Source: Calditrichales bacterium
Lineage (GTDB): Bacteria; Calditrichota; Calditrichia; Calditrichales; J004
DNA: 64,000 nucleotides
Direction: 5' to 3'
Assembly: GCA_965267575.1 (NCBI GenBank)
Contig: OZ254086.1
Coordinates: forward strand, 672,001-736,000
Each line of letters opens with the position of its first letter. Position 1 is the stretch's first letter. A model generated the notes under the pieces. It saw nothing but the letters and a program-made list of their open reading frames with translations. It did no database searches and was not told the DNA's origin. The translations under genes and the position numbers were made by a program. Positions 37,537 to 47,422 of this stretch are shown here, one piece after another.

Positions 37537-38817
37537 CTAATGTCTTTGAACGATTGTCACAACGGCTTGATTTGATTTATATCCACAAACGGCAACTGTA
37601 TTACCATTCACTGAGCACTGGGCATAGCCACCGCTGGATTCTCTTTTAAGTTGTTTCCACGTTTTGCCATTGAAATGGGAAATAAACAGAAAATCACCTA
37701 CTACAAATATGTCGTTAATATCATTTCCGCGTATTTGATGTTTTAATTCATTTCCCTGAAAGCGTTGATCTTGCTTCCATTTTTCAGATCTATCATAAAC
37801 CCAGATGCCGTCATCTGTTGCCGTATATATTTTATCTGTAGTCTTGCCCCATATTGAATAGGCCTTTAAAGCCTTTTTCCAATCAAAGACAGGGTTAGCG
37901 GAACTTGGGGTTACCTGAAGAAGCTCGCCTTCTGTAAGCTGATATTTGTTTCCAAGGGTAGCAAAAACATCCATCTTTTGCGTAAGCTCATTGTATATCC
38001 CATAGATATCGTTTACCGGCAGCTCAATAGTGTTGGGAATCAAATGATAGGTCTTGGAATTGGAATAGATCAAATTGCCATTTTTGGCCCCGAAATAAAA
38101 AGAAGTATCTGTTAGGGCAAAAAAAGTATACAGCAAACTATAGTCTGATGAATTTAGATATTCACGCATCAACAAAGAAGAGCGTACCGTTTCATTCCAT
38201 CTATATAACGTTGCTCCACTTGATAGCCAAACGTCTTTTTTAAACTCAACGCCAGAAAAACCTGGATCATAGTCAAACCCAAAATACGGTACTATCAATG
38301 CTTCAAATTCCCAGTCACTGCCATCCCATCTGGCCATGTTATAACGATTGCCATTTACAAAAAACTCTCCAACGGCTATGACGAGATTATCATTGACAAC
38401 TACGACATCATAAAATTCACTAATGTCTTCGGTGCCAAAAATATAATCAGTAATGATAAAGTCGTGGCTGGTGGTGTCCATGGTGGTTACGGTCAAGCTG
38501 CTGCGTTCGCTGCTGTCGCCACCTTTGCGGGCCCAGGCGCTGTAGCTATAGGTTGTGGCCGGCTGCAGGTCCGTGTCGTGGAGGAGGGTGTCGGCGCTTT
38601 GCAGCCTGCCTTCAAATAGAATGGTTGTATCGCGCTGCACTATATAGGTGGCGTCGCCCTTCAGCGGGTTGCTACTCAGGGTTATCCAGCATTCCGTTAC
38701 TGCGGCGTCCACGTCCAGGGTTAATTCCTGGTCTTTGAAGATGGACGGGCTTTCAGAGCAGGCATAGCACAAGGCTATTAACATGATGCTTAGAAAAGGA
38801 ATAAATTTTTGTCGCAC
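37537..38817 (-). CDS. Hypothetical lipoprotein: FN3-like N-terminus plus AT-rich propeller-like C-terminus
   Basis: Lipobox-like CYAC, FN3-like 'DTDLQPATTYSY', TMDTTSHDF linker and repeated W-x-G/D-I-x-G motifs. Confidence 0.75.
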   Translation of the reverse strand: MRQKFIPFLSIMLIALCYACSESPSIFKDQELTLDVDAAVTECWITLSSNPLKGDATYIVQRDTTILFEGRLQSADTLLHDTDLQPATTYSYSAWARKGGDSSERSSLTVTTMDTTSHDFIITDYIFGTEDISEFYDVVVVNDNLVIAVGEFFVNGNRYNMARWDGSDWEFEALIVPYFGFDYDPGFSGVEFKKDVWLSSGATLYRWNETVRSSLLMREYLNSSDYSLLYTFFALTDTSFYFGAKNGNLIYSNSKTYHLIPNTIELPVNDIYGIYNELTQKMDVFATLGNKYQLTEGELLQVTPSSANPVFDWKKALKAYSIWGKTTDKIYTATDDGIWVYDRSEKWKQDQRFQGNELKHQIRGNDINDIFVVGDFLFISHFNGKTWKQLKRESSGGYAQCSVNGNTVAVCGYKSNQAVVTIVQRH

Positions 38818-38931
38818 GTCTTAACCGCAAAAGTTTAAGGTTAGAGCAATATACAAAAAGTACGATAAAGCGTGTTATGGTTATGGGGGATGCAGACTAA
38901 TTGTTTTCCTGGAATGAACGTTTTTCCGGAG

Positions 38932-38952
38932 ACCCTGAAACGAGTTCAGGGT
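38932..38952. repeat. REP-like palindrome ACCCTGAA-N5-TTCAGGGT
   Basis: Perfect 8-bp inverted repeat in an intergenic region. Confidence 0.55.
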
Positions 38953-39013
38953 GTTCGATTGTCAGAGGCGAAACTCCAGCTGATTATATCCTGTCCATCC
39001 TGAGTATCCTGTC

Positions 39014-39049
39014 AAAAAAAAAAACGGCCACTGAAAAACAGCAGCCGTT
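39014..39049 (-). terminator. Rho-independent terminator after the PPIase gene
   Basis: On the minus strand, an AACGGC...GCCGTT stem followed by a long T run. Confidence 0.75.
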
Positions 39050-39070
39050 CCAAAAATGCAATCAGCGTTG

Positions 39071-40069
39071 TTAGCTGATTTTTAGTTCGAAGTCATATTC
39101 TTCGCGCAGCTTTTCGTAAGTCTCTTCAACAACGTTGCGCATGCGCATCTGGCGCAGTTCGTTGGCCAGGGCTTCACGCGGACGGTCTTCCTTTTTGCGG
39201 TCTATGATCTGCAGAATGTGGAAGCCGTAGCGCGTTTCCACGATGTCGCTGATTGTGCCGATGGGCAGGTTGAAGGCAGCGCTGTCAAACGGCGGTACCA
39301 TTTGTCCGCGCGGGAAGTCTTCGTACAGTCCGCCCTTTTCTTTTGAGCCCGGATCTTCGGAATACTCTTTGGCCAGTTCGGCAAAGTCTTCACCTTCACG
39401 GGCCTGCTTCAGGATATCTTCCATTTTGTTTCTTACCTGGGCTTTTTCCTCTTCCGGCTTGCCCTGGGTCATCAGCAGCACGTGGCGCACCGTAGCATAG
39501 CGGTCCATGGCCTGCAGGCTATCGATGGCGCTTTCGCTCACTTCCAGCTTATCTTCATTCTTTTTCTGGATATACATGCGGCCTATTTCCTGCGCTTTGA
39601 TTTCCTGATGCAGGTCTTCCAGTTTGATATTATGCTGATTCAGAAACTTCTCAAAGTTTTCGCGCCCGCCGGCCTGGGCAAACTGGCGCTCCATAATGTT
39701 ATCGACGCTGCTGTCGGCTACCGTCACGCCCAGATCTTCCGCGTCATCCAGAACGATCTGACGATCGGCCAGGCGCGACGCGTATTCTTTTACCAGGCTC
39801 TTCAGGTTTTCCGCGTTCTGCTGCTTAAGCATCGCTGTCTGCGGCCCAAAGTTCAGGCGCATCTGGCGTACCACGTCACCGGCGGTTACATCGTAAATAG
39901 ATGTTGTGGCCAAAACCATGTTTTTATCAGGATCGAGCCATTCAACTTTTTCTGAAAGTTCTTTGGCCAGTTCGTAATTTGGTGTTCCGGGCTCAAGTTT
40001 GGCGCCCTGCTGTTTTTGCGTGCAGGAAACGGCCATTAAAGCGATCAGAACAAAAAGCATTTTTCTCAT
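39071..40069 (-). CDS. Peptidyl-prolyl cis-trans isomerase (PpiC/parvulin, PrsA/SurA-like lipoprotein)
   Basis: Lipobox AVSC, RHVL, FAELAKEYSEDPGS..GG, MVPPF and YGFHI. Start at MRKML with a GGAG RBS. Confidence 0.92.
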   Translation of the reverse strand: MRKMLFVLIALMAVSCTQKQQGAKLEPGTPNYELAKELSEKVEWLDPDKNMVLATTSIYDVTAGDVVRQMRLNFGPQTAMLKQQNAENLKSLVKEYASRLADRQIVLDDAEDLGVTVADSSVDNIMERQFAQAGGRENFEKFLNQHNIKLEDLHQEIKAQEIGRMYIQKKNEDKLEVSESAIDSLQAMDRYATVRHVLLMTQGKPEEEKAQVRNKMEDILKQAREGEDFAELAKEYSEDPGSKEKGGLYEDFPRGQMVPPFDSAAFNLPIGTISDIVETRYGFHILQIIDRKKEDRPREALANELRQMRMRNVVEETYEKLREEYDFELKIS

Positions 40070-40149
40070 TGCTATCTCCATAAATGATTGGTTAGTTATC
40101 AGGTACAGATCGCAGAACTTACGATTAATAACAGAGAAAGCAAAATTTT

Positions 40150-40986
40150 ATGGAAGCTGTTTTGCAAGCGTTAAAGGCTTATTGGGAGAAGATAGGTTTA
40201 CCGTCTCAAAGCCATCTTCTTCTGCATGCCGCCTTCCGCCGGATACGCGCGGCTTTCCCCGGGATTACGCCGCAGATTCTGCTGGAAAGCCTGCGATCGC
40301 GCCTGCTTCCTGAAGGCTCACTGATAATGCCTGCGTTCAGCTACACGTTTGAAAAGTCAAACGAAGCGGTCACGCCTTTTTCCCGGCAGGATACACCCTC
40401 TGCTGTGGGTGCTGTTTCCGAGTATTTCCGCCAAATGCCCGGCGTAGCGCGAACGGCCTCAGCCACGCATTCATTTGTCTTTTACGGCAGGATCGCTGAA
40501 GAATTCGATACTGGCAAAACGCCCTCCAGTCCGCTAGGTAAAGACAGCGTTTTGGACTGGCTGGCGCAACGTGATAACGCGTGGGTTCTGCTTCTGGGTT
40601 GTGATTTCACATCGCTGAGCTTTGGGCACTGGCTGGAGACACAGGCACCCGTACCCTGGTCCGATACCTTTTGCTGGCACTACCTCGATGTACGGCCGGC
40701 GGGCCTTTCCGAAAACGGACGCCAGAAGCTGCGTGAGGTGCCGGGCTGCAGCAAAAGCTTTATCCGCTTTGAAGAGTACCTGCTGGACAAGGACCTGATA
40801 CAGCCTTTACCGGCGCCGATGCAAAAAGGCTACCTGGCTCGAACGTCAATGCTGGTGGAAGAAGGCTTGCCCTTTTTCCGCAATAACGCGCACCAGTTGC
40901 TCTGTAAACCTGGCAGCTGCGCCGCCTGTGATGAACGCTGGTTCAGCCACATCGACGAGCTGCGCGGCAGAATGGGTGGGGGATAG
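40150..40986 (+). CDS. AAC(3)/YokD-family N-acetyltransferase
   Basis: LLLHAAF, LIMPAFSY, TPSAVGAVSEYFR, THSF and LLLGCD..SFGH. Confidence 0.85.
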   Translation: MEAVLQALKAYWEKIGLPSQSHLLLHAAFRRIRAAFPGITPQILLESLRSRLLPEGSLIMPAFSYTFEKSNEAVTPFSRQDTPSAVGAVSEYFRQMPGVARTASATHSFVFYGRIAEEFDTGKTPSSPLGKDSVLDWLAQRDNAWVLLLGCDFTSLSFGHWLETQAPVPWSDTFCWHYLDVRPAGLSENGRQKLREVPGCSKSFIRFEEYLLDKDLIQPLPAPMQKGYLARTSMLVEEGLPFFRNNAHQLLCKPGSCAACDERWFSHIDELRGRMGGG

Positions 40987-40990
40987 GTAT

Positions 40991-41046
40991 TAAGGTGTTA
41001 AGGTGTTAAGGTGTTAAGGTGTTAAGGTGTTAAGGTGTTAAGGTGT
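40991..41046. repeat. Tandem octamer (TAAGGTGT)7
   Basis: Seven perfect 8-bp copies immediately after the acetyltransferase stop. Confidence 0.95.
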
Positions 41047-41276
41047 TAAAAATTAATACTTATTTCAGATACACGGCAATCCATTGCGCAATTCAGGCTC
41101 TTTTTCCTTCTCATTATCGTTATCATTCTCACTTTTATACTTTTGCTCTTTAAGCCTGCCGGCGCGGGAAAATCCGCGCAATTTTTGACCCATGCCAAAA
41201 AAGAGAGAGATGTTTGGCTTATATTTGCTCTATCCAAAAACGACAACTCACTTTTGAAACGGTACGGAGAATCCTT

Positions 41277-44200
41277 ATGCGTCGCTTTGCCTGCGTTGTA
41301 TTTTTTATCGCTCTTATGGCTGCATCCGCCGTGGCCCGGCAGAATTACTATTACTATGACAACCGCCCGGTTAACCTCAACCTGGTCGATGACCAGATCA
41401 GTGTGCGCTTTGACCAGGCGGTGACGGACAGCGAGGCGCGTTCTTTGCTGCGGTCTGTCCTGGGCGCGGAACTGCGCGAGCTGCGATCACTTGCCGGCCC
41501 GGCAACACGACTGGTTGTGCTGCAAAACCGCTCGGGGGAAAGCCGCGTAAGCGACCTGATCAATAATCTACGCCGGTTACCTGCCGTCAAAATGGCCGCG
41601 CCTGTTTTTCAGCGCGGAGGCATCCGCAATATTATTCACGATCGTTTTATTGCCCGTTTTCAACCCGGTCTGGAGCGCGATGCCATTGAAGCAATCGCCA
41701 CGCCGTATAATGTGGATGTTGTAGGCCAACTGGCCAAAGACACCTGGATTTTAAGCGCGCGCAAGCAGAGCGGGCTCGACGGCCTGAGCGGCGCCAACCT
41801 GTTCCATGAGTTGAGCGAAACCGTTTGGGCCAGCCCCGATTTCCTCTACGTGGACGGCGAGATCATGAACAGCAACGACACCTACTATGACCAGCAATGG
41901 GCGCTTAATAATGCGGGCCAGGAAGTTCCATCAGCCGCATCGGAAGGATTTCCGTCCACGGTTAAAGGCTTTGCCGGCGCGGACACGGATGCCGAACGGG
42001 CCTGGGAATTTGTGCGCACGCAGGGAACGGACCCGGGCGCGGGGATAATCGTCGGCGTGCTGGACAGCGGGATTGACCTGGACCACCCCGACCTCAGCGC
42101 CAACATCGTGGACCCGGGCAGGGATTTTACCTACGAGCAGAATGAAAACGGCAACGACTCCCACGGTCATGGTACGGCCGTCGCCGGAATTATCGCCGCC
42201 CAAACGGACAACGGCATCGGTGTGGCCGGTCTGGCTTACAAGGCAGGCCTGCTGCCGGCAAAGATGATGACCCGCGAAGGCGCCAGCAGCAGCGAAGATA
42301 TCGCTGAAGCCATTGATTACGCCTGGCAGTTCGGCTGCGATATTCTCTCCAACAGCTGGAGCAGCGACACACCCGACGAAGTGGTGGCCGATGCGATTCG
42401 CCGCGCCTATACCCAGGGCCGCGACGGGAAAGGCTGCCTGATCGTTTTTTCCAGCGGCAACAAGGGCCACGGCATTGTGGACTGGCCCGGCGCGATGGAG
42501 GAAGTGGTTTCAGTGAGCGCCAGCAACATGTTCGATGAAAAGAAAAACCAGGGCAGCCGCGACAATAACCGTAAATGGGGCGGTAACTACGGCGATAACC
42601 TGGACCTGGTTGCGCCGACCGCCGTTTACACCACGGACATCACCGGTAAAGACGGTTTTGAAGAGGGCGATTACAATCCGACATTTGGCGGCACCTCCGC
42701 TTCCTGCCCCCATGTTTCCGCGGTAGCGGCGATTGCCCTGTCAGTAAATCCGTCGCTTTCCGCCGGCGACCTGGAACAGGTTTTATTTGAAAGCGCCGAT
42801 CCCATAGAACGCTATCCCTACAACAGCAAAGGCTGGAACCGCCACGTGGGCTTTGGTCGGGTAAATGCTTACAACGCCGCGCGCAGTGCCGCCTCGCAGG
42901 ATGGCAATACGCCCGTGCTCGCTTTTGAGCATCTTCCGACGACCACCAGCATCGACGAGGTTGTGCTGAATGTGGATGCCGCCGATGACAACGGCTTTGC
43001 TGAAATGGAGTTGTTCTTCCGGCCGACATTGGACGGTGAGGAAGGGGCCTGGCAAAATGTAACAGGTAAGCAAGGCGCCAGCGGCTGGGAGTTCAGAATC
43101 CCCGGCCAGCAATGGGGCACGGAAGTGGACTACTACCTGTCGGTTGAAGACGGCGGCGGCAACCGTCTGACCATGCCGGCCAACGGCGAGGGCGAATCAC
43201 CGCCGCCTTTACACTACACCTACTTTGTGGGCGAAACTGAAAAACAGAATTTCAGCGCGCCCGATGTGCCGTTGAGCTGGGATGACTGGGGCATTTTTTA
43301 CACTTCCACCATCTCCGTGGATGACAACGCCACGGTCACCGATGTGGAAGCCACCGTGACCATGAACGGCGCCGTCGACCAGTTTGCGGTAAACCTGGCG
43401 GCGCCTTCGCAAATTGGCGCGGGTATTCTGCAGCTAAACGAGGGTCGTGAATACAGCAACACCACCGTCGATGACGAAGCGACAACCCTGCTCGTCCAGG
43501 GCCAGGCGCCCTACAGCGGCACCTTTCTGCCGGACAACGCCATGTGGACCATGGACGGCGAAAACAGCAACGGCGACTGGACGCTGACCATTTACGACGA
43601 CTATTATTTCAGCAACGGCGGTACGCTCAGCGACTGGACGCTTAGTCTGACCCTGTTGCAAAAAAATCCGGCGCCGGTTGTAAGCGGCATTCCCGGTGAA
43701 ACCATTAACGAAGGCGGCAGCTTTAAGCAAATCTACCTGGGCGAATATGTAAGCGACGAAAACCACAGCTCGTCCGAGATGACCTGGACGTCGAGTGGCA
43801 ACAGCGACCTGGTCGTCACCATAGACGCCGAACACGTTGCCACCATCGAAACGCCGGACGACGATTGGTACGGCAGCGAAACCATCACCTTTACAGCAAC
43901 CGACCCGGGCGGCGCCAGCGGCAGCCAGGCGGTTACCTTTACCGTGAACAACGTCAACGATGCGCCGCAGGTAAGCCAGATTCCAAACCAGACCGTGGAT
44001 GAAGGCACACCCTTCGCCACTATCAAGCTGGATGAATATGTAAGCGACGTGGACAACAGCGACGAGGAGATGCAATGGAGTTACAGCGGCAACAAGGAGT
44101 TGCTGGTTTCGATCAGCCCGGAGCGCGTTGCCACGGTCAGTGTGCCCGATGATGAATGGTCCGGCAGCGAACGCATCACCTTTACAGCCACGGACCCCGG

Positions 44201-47159
44201 CAACCTGGCCGACCAAACCACGGCTACTTTTACCGTTAACCCTGTAAACGATCCGCCCGCGGTGAGCGGCATTGCCGACCAGCAGATAGATGAAGGCGGC
44301 AGCTTTGTCACCATCGCGCTTAACGAGCATGTCAGCGATCCCGACAACGCCGATTCGGAGATTAGCTGGACCTACAGCGGCAACAACGAGCTCAACGTCA
44401 GCATTGATGAAAACAATGTAGCAACGGTCAGCATCCCCGGCGTAAACTGGAATGGCAGTGAAACGATTACCTTTACGGCAACAGACCCCGGCGGGCTTTC
44501 CGACAGTGACGCGGCCACATTCACCGTGAACGCCGTAAATGACGCACCGACAGTCAGCCGTATCGCCGATCAAACCATTGATGAAGGCGGCAGTTTTGCC
44601 ACGATCGATCTGAACAACCATGTAAGCGATGTGGACAACGACGACAGTGAAATGACCTGGGAAGCCGGCGGACAAAAAGAGCTGATCGTGACCATCGACG
44701 CCAATAATATCGCCACCATCGAAACACCAAATGCCGACTGGAACGGCAGCGAAACCATCACCTTTACGGCCACCGATCCCGGCAATCTCAGCGACAGCGA
44801 TGACGCCGTTTTTACGGTTAACAGCATTAACGACGCGCCGCAGGTGAGCGACATTCCCAACCAGGAAATTGACGAAGGTGAAAGTTTTGCTACCATCCCG
44901 CTCAATAATTACGTGGATGATGCGGACCATGACGACAGCGAAATCAGCTGGACTTACAGCGGTAATAGCGACCTTGGAGTAACAATCAACGAAAACAACA
45001 TTGCCACGATTAGCGCCCCGCACGGGGAGTGGGCAGGCAGCGAAGCCATCACCTTTACGGCAACAGACCCCGAAGAGAGCGCCGACAGTGATGCGGCTAC
45101 GTTCACGGTAATCGCCGTTAATGACGCGCCGGTTGTGAGCAACATCCCCAACCAATCCATTGCCGAGGGCGAGAACTTTGCCACGATTGCCCTGGACGGT
45201 TACGTGAGCGACGCCGACCACGGTGATGATCAAATGGAATGGAGCTACAGCGGCAACGAAGAACTGACCGTAACGATCGACGACAATCGCGTGGCGACCA
45301 TAGGCATACCAGACGCCCAATGGAATGGTAGTGAAACGATCACTTTTACGGCGACGGACCCCGGCGGGCTCTCCGACAGTGACGCTGCCGTGTTCAGCGT
45401 GGGCGCCGAAAACGATCCGCCAACGGTGAGCAACATTCCCGGACAAACCATCAATGAAGGTCAAAGCTTTGTCACCATTTCCCTCGATGATTTTGTGGAA
45501 GACCCGGATAATGCCGACAGCGAAATGAGCTGGCAGGCGTCGGGCAATACAGACTTATCTGTAACGATTAACGCCGACCGCGTGGCGACCATCTCCGTGC
45601 CCGACGAAAACTGGAATGGCAGCGAGATGATTATGTTTACGGCCACTGACCCGGGCGGGCTATCCGACAGCGACGACGCCACCTTTACGGTGAACGCGGT
45701 CAATGACGCCCCGGTGGTTAGCGGTATTCCCGATCAGACAATCCTCGAAGGCGGCAGCTTTACCACCATCGCGCTTGATGATTATGTGAGCGATGTGGAC
45801 AACGCCGACAGCGAGATGAGCTGGAAAGCATCGGGCAACACCGATTTGTCCGTAACGATTGACGCCAACCGCGTGGCAACTGTCTCCGTGCCCAACGCTA
45901 ACTGGAATGGCAGCGAAACAATTACTTTTACCGCGAGCGACCCGGGCAAGCTGGAGGATAGTGACAACGCCACCTTTACCGTCAAGAGTGAAAACGATGC
46001 GCCGGTCGTCAGTGACATTCCCGACCAGAATATCACCGAGGGGCAGAGCTTTGCCACCATCCCGCTGGACAATTACGTGAGCGATAACGATGACCCGGAC
46101 AGCGCCATCTCCTGGTTCTTCAGCGGCAACAGCGCTCTGGACGTCAGCATAGACGGCAACCGCGTGGCTACCATAAGCGCACCCAACGCCAACTGGAACG
46201 GCAGCGAGACGATTACTTTTACAGCTGAAGACCCGGGCGGTCTCAGTGACAGCGACGAGGCCACATTCAGCATCAGCGCCGAGAATGACGCTCCCGTGGT
46301 ATCAGCCATTGCCGATCAGACTATCATGGAAGGTGCGGCATTCGCCACGATCAGCCTGGATAACTTTGTGAGTGATGTAGACAACGCCGACAGCGAGATC
46401 ACCTGGACTTTTTATGGCCAAAGCGATTTGCAGGTTGACCTGAACGGGGAGCGCATGGCCACCATCATCATCCCTGATGAAGACTGGTTTGGCAGCGAGA
46501 CCATCACCTTCCGTGCCGCCGATCCTTCCGGCCTTGCCGACAGCAGCACCGCCTTTTTCACGGTTACCCCCGTAAACGACCCGCCGGCGATCGTCGACTT
46601 CCCCGATACGCTGGCTTTTGATAACGACAAGGAACTGGCGTTGGACCTGCAGCCGCTAATGGAAGATGTGGACTCCGGAAGGCTGCTGTGGCATTTTGCC
46701 TTAAGCGACACCGCCGTTAAAGCCCTGTATGATTCATCGCTGCAAAAGCTGACCCTCAGCGCCCCCGGCTTTGACGGTCTGGCTCTCCTCTACAGCAGCC
46801 TGAGCGATGACAGCGGCGCCGTGGCCCATGATACCGCCATCGTTATGGTGGAAGATATTGTTTCAGACATGGAGGGAGACCGGACCGCTGTGCCCACAGC
46901 CTTTAGCCTGGAGCAGAACTATCCCAACCCCTTTAACCCCTCTACGACCATTCGCTACAACTTGCCACGTTCGGCAAAAGTGCTGCTCACACTATACGAC
47001 ATGCGCGGCCGCAAAATCATGGAACTGCAAAACAGCCGCCAACCGGCCGGTAGCCATAAAATTGTGCTTGATGCATCGGGACTATCCAGCGGCGTCTATT
47101 TTTACGTCTTTAAAGCGGAAGGTTTTATGCAGGCCCGGAAACTGGTGCTTTTGAGATAG
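41277..47159 (+). CDS. Secreted S8 subtilisin-like protease with P-domain, ten tandem cadherin/Ig-like (tandem-95-type) repeats and T9SS-type CTD
   Basis: Triad VLDSG / HGTAVAG / GTSASCP, oxyanion SGN, P-domain (GDWTLTIYD...GTLSDW), NDAP repeats and NYPNPFNP CTD. ATG at 41277 with a GGAGA RBS. Confidence 0.93.
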   Translation: MRRFACVVFFIALMAASAVARQNYYYYDNRPVNLNLVDDQISVRFDQAVTDSEARSLLRSVLGAELRELRSLAGPATRLVVLQNRSGESRVSDLINNLRRLPAVKMAAPVFQRGGIRNIIHDRFIARFQPGLERDAIEAIATPYNVDVVGQLAKDTWILSARKQSGLDGLSGANLFHELSETVWASPDFLYVDGEIMNSNDTYYDQQWALNNAGQEVPSAASEGFPSTVKGFAGADTDAERAWEFVRTQGTDPGAGIIVGVLDSGIDLDHPDLSANIVDPGRDFTYEQNENGNDSHGHGTAVAGIIAAQTDNGIGVAGLAYKAGLLPAKMMTREGASSSEDIAEAIDYAWQFGCDILSNSWSSDTPDEVVADAIRRAYTQGRDGKGCLIVFSSGNKGHGIVDWPGAMEEVVSVSASNMFDEKKNQGSRDNNRKWGGNYGDNLDLVAPTAVYTTDITGKDGFEEGDYNPTFGGTSASCPHVSAVAAIALSVNPSLSAGDLEQVLFESADPIERYPYNSKGWNRHVGFGRVNAYNAARSAASQDGNTPVLAFEHLPTTTSIDEVVLNVDAADDNGFAEMELFFRPTLDGEEGAWQNVTGKQGASGWEFRIPGQQWGTEVDYYLSVEDGGGNRLTMPANGEGESPPPLHYTYFVGETEKQNFSAPDVPLSWDDWGIFYTSTISVDDNATVTDVEATVTMNGAVDQFAVNLAAPSQIGAGILQLNEGREYSNTTVDDEATTLLVQGQAPYSGTFLPDNAMWTMDGENSNGDWTLTIYDDYYFSNGGTLSDWTLSLTLLQKNPAPVVSGIPGETINEGGSFKQIYLGEYVSDENHSSSEMTWTSSGNSDLVVTIDAEHVATIETPDDDWYGSETITFTATDPGGASGSQAVTFTVNNVNDAPQVSQIPNQTVDEGTPFATIKLDEYVSDVDNSDEEMQWSYSGNKELLVSISPERVATVSVPDDEWSGSERITFTATDPGNLADQTTATFTVNPVNDPPAVSGIADQQIDEGGSFVTIALNEHVSDPDNADSEISWTYSGNNELNVSIDENNVATVSIPGVNWNGSETITFTATDPGGLSDSDAATFTVNAVNDAPTVSRIADQTIDEGGSFATIDLNNHVSDVDNDDSEMTWEAGGQKELIVTIDANNIATIETPNADWNGSETITFTATDPGNLSDSDDAVFTVNSINDAPQVSDIPNQEIDEGESFATIPLNNYVDDADHDDSEISWTYSGNSDLGVTINENNIATISAPHGEWAGSEAITFTATDPEESADSDAATFTVIAVNDAPVVSNIPNQSIAEGENFATIALDGYVSDADHGDDQMEWSYSGNEELTVTIDDNRVATIGIPDAQWNGSETITFTATDPGGLSDSDAAVFSVGAENDPPTVSNIPGQTINEGQSFVTISLDDFVEDPDNADSEMSWQASGNTDLSVTINADRVATISVPDENWNGSEMIMFTATDPGGLSDSDDATFTVNAVNDAPVVSGIPDQTILEGGSFTTIALDDYVSDVDNADSEMSWKASGNTDLSVTIDANRVATVSVPNANWNGSETITFTASDPGKLEDSDNATFTVKSENDAPVVSDIPDQNITEGQSFATIPLDNYVSDNDDPDSAISWFFSGNSALDVSIDGNRVATISAPNANWNGSETITFTAEDPGGLSDSDEATFSISAENDAPVVSAIADQTIMEGAAFATISLDNFVSDVDNADSEITWTFYGQSDLQVDLNGERMATIIIPDEDWFGSETITFRAADPSGLADSSTAFFTVTPVNDPPAIVDFPDTLAFDNDKELALDLQPLMEDVDSGRLLWHFALSDTAVKALYDSSLQKLTLSAPGFDGLALLYSSLSDDSGAVAHDTAIVMVEDIVSDMEGDRTAVPTAFSLEQNYPNPFNPSTTIRYNLPRSAKVLLTLYDMRGRKIMELQNSRQPAGSHKIVLDASGLSSGVYFYVFKAEGFMQARKLVLLR
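43665..46574 (+). repeat. Ten intragenic 291-bp (97-aa) repeat units
   Basis: N(P/D)(A/P)P starts recur at 43665, 43956, 44247 ... 46575, exactly 291 nt apart. Confidence 0.92.
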
Positions 47160-47233
47160 CCGTTCTAGTCAGGAGGTCATAAAGTCCGGAAGTCTTGGAG
47201 TCAGGAAGTCAAGATCCTGCAAATGGCTCATAC

Positions 47234-47280
47234 AAAGCCCCTTCTTTTAAATGGAAGGGGTTTTTATTTTTTTTTTTTTT
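47234..47280 (+). terminator. Rho-independent terminator after the S8 protease
   Basis: AAAGCCCCTTC...GAAGGGGTTTT followed by a long poly-T. Confidence 0.85.
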
Positions 47281-47422
47281 AAACACACGTTTTACAAACC
47301 GAAGCGCACCCTTTCTAAAACAGCGATACTTATAACGTAAAAATTTACGCTTGATTTTATCCACAACAAAACCTAAGCTTTCGTATTAGCGACTGATTCT
47401 CTCACATGACCGCGGAGGAGCC

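Noticed and set aside
40150-40986. Aminoglycoside resistance gene
   Set aside because: The AAC(3) fold is recognisable, but the family includes many non-resistance enzymes and there is no mobile context. Resistance cannot be claimed.
40991-41046. Possible CRISPR array
   Set aside because: Contiguous 8-bp units with no spacers and no cas genes; it is a microsatellite.
41214-41276. Upstream TTG start for the S8 protease (similar extended starts for thrC, pheA-aroF, the PPIase and the MBL hydrolase)
   Set aside because: Downstream ATGs have better RBS, signal-peptide or gene-coupling support.
43434-45464. 676-aa minus-strand ORF and neighbouring repetitive antisense ORFs
   Set aside because: Mirror of the 97-aa repeats of the S8 protease; no independent coding signal.
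43665-46574. Possible DGR template/variable repeats or CRISPR-like array
   Set aside because: In-frame coding repeats with ordinary divergence, not adenine-specific; no reverse transcriptase in the window.
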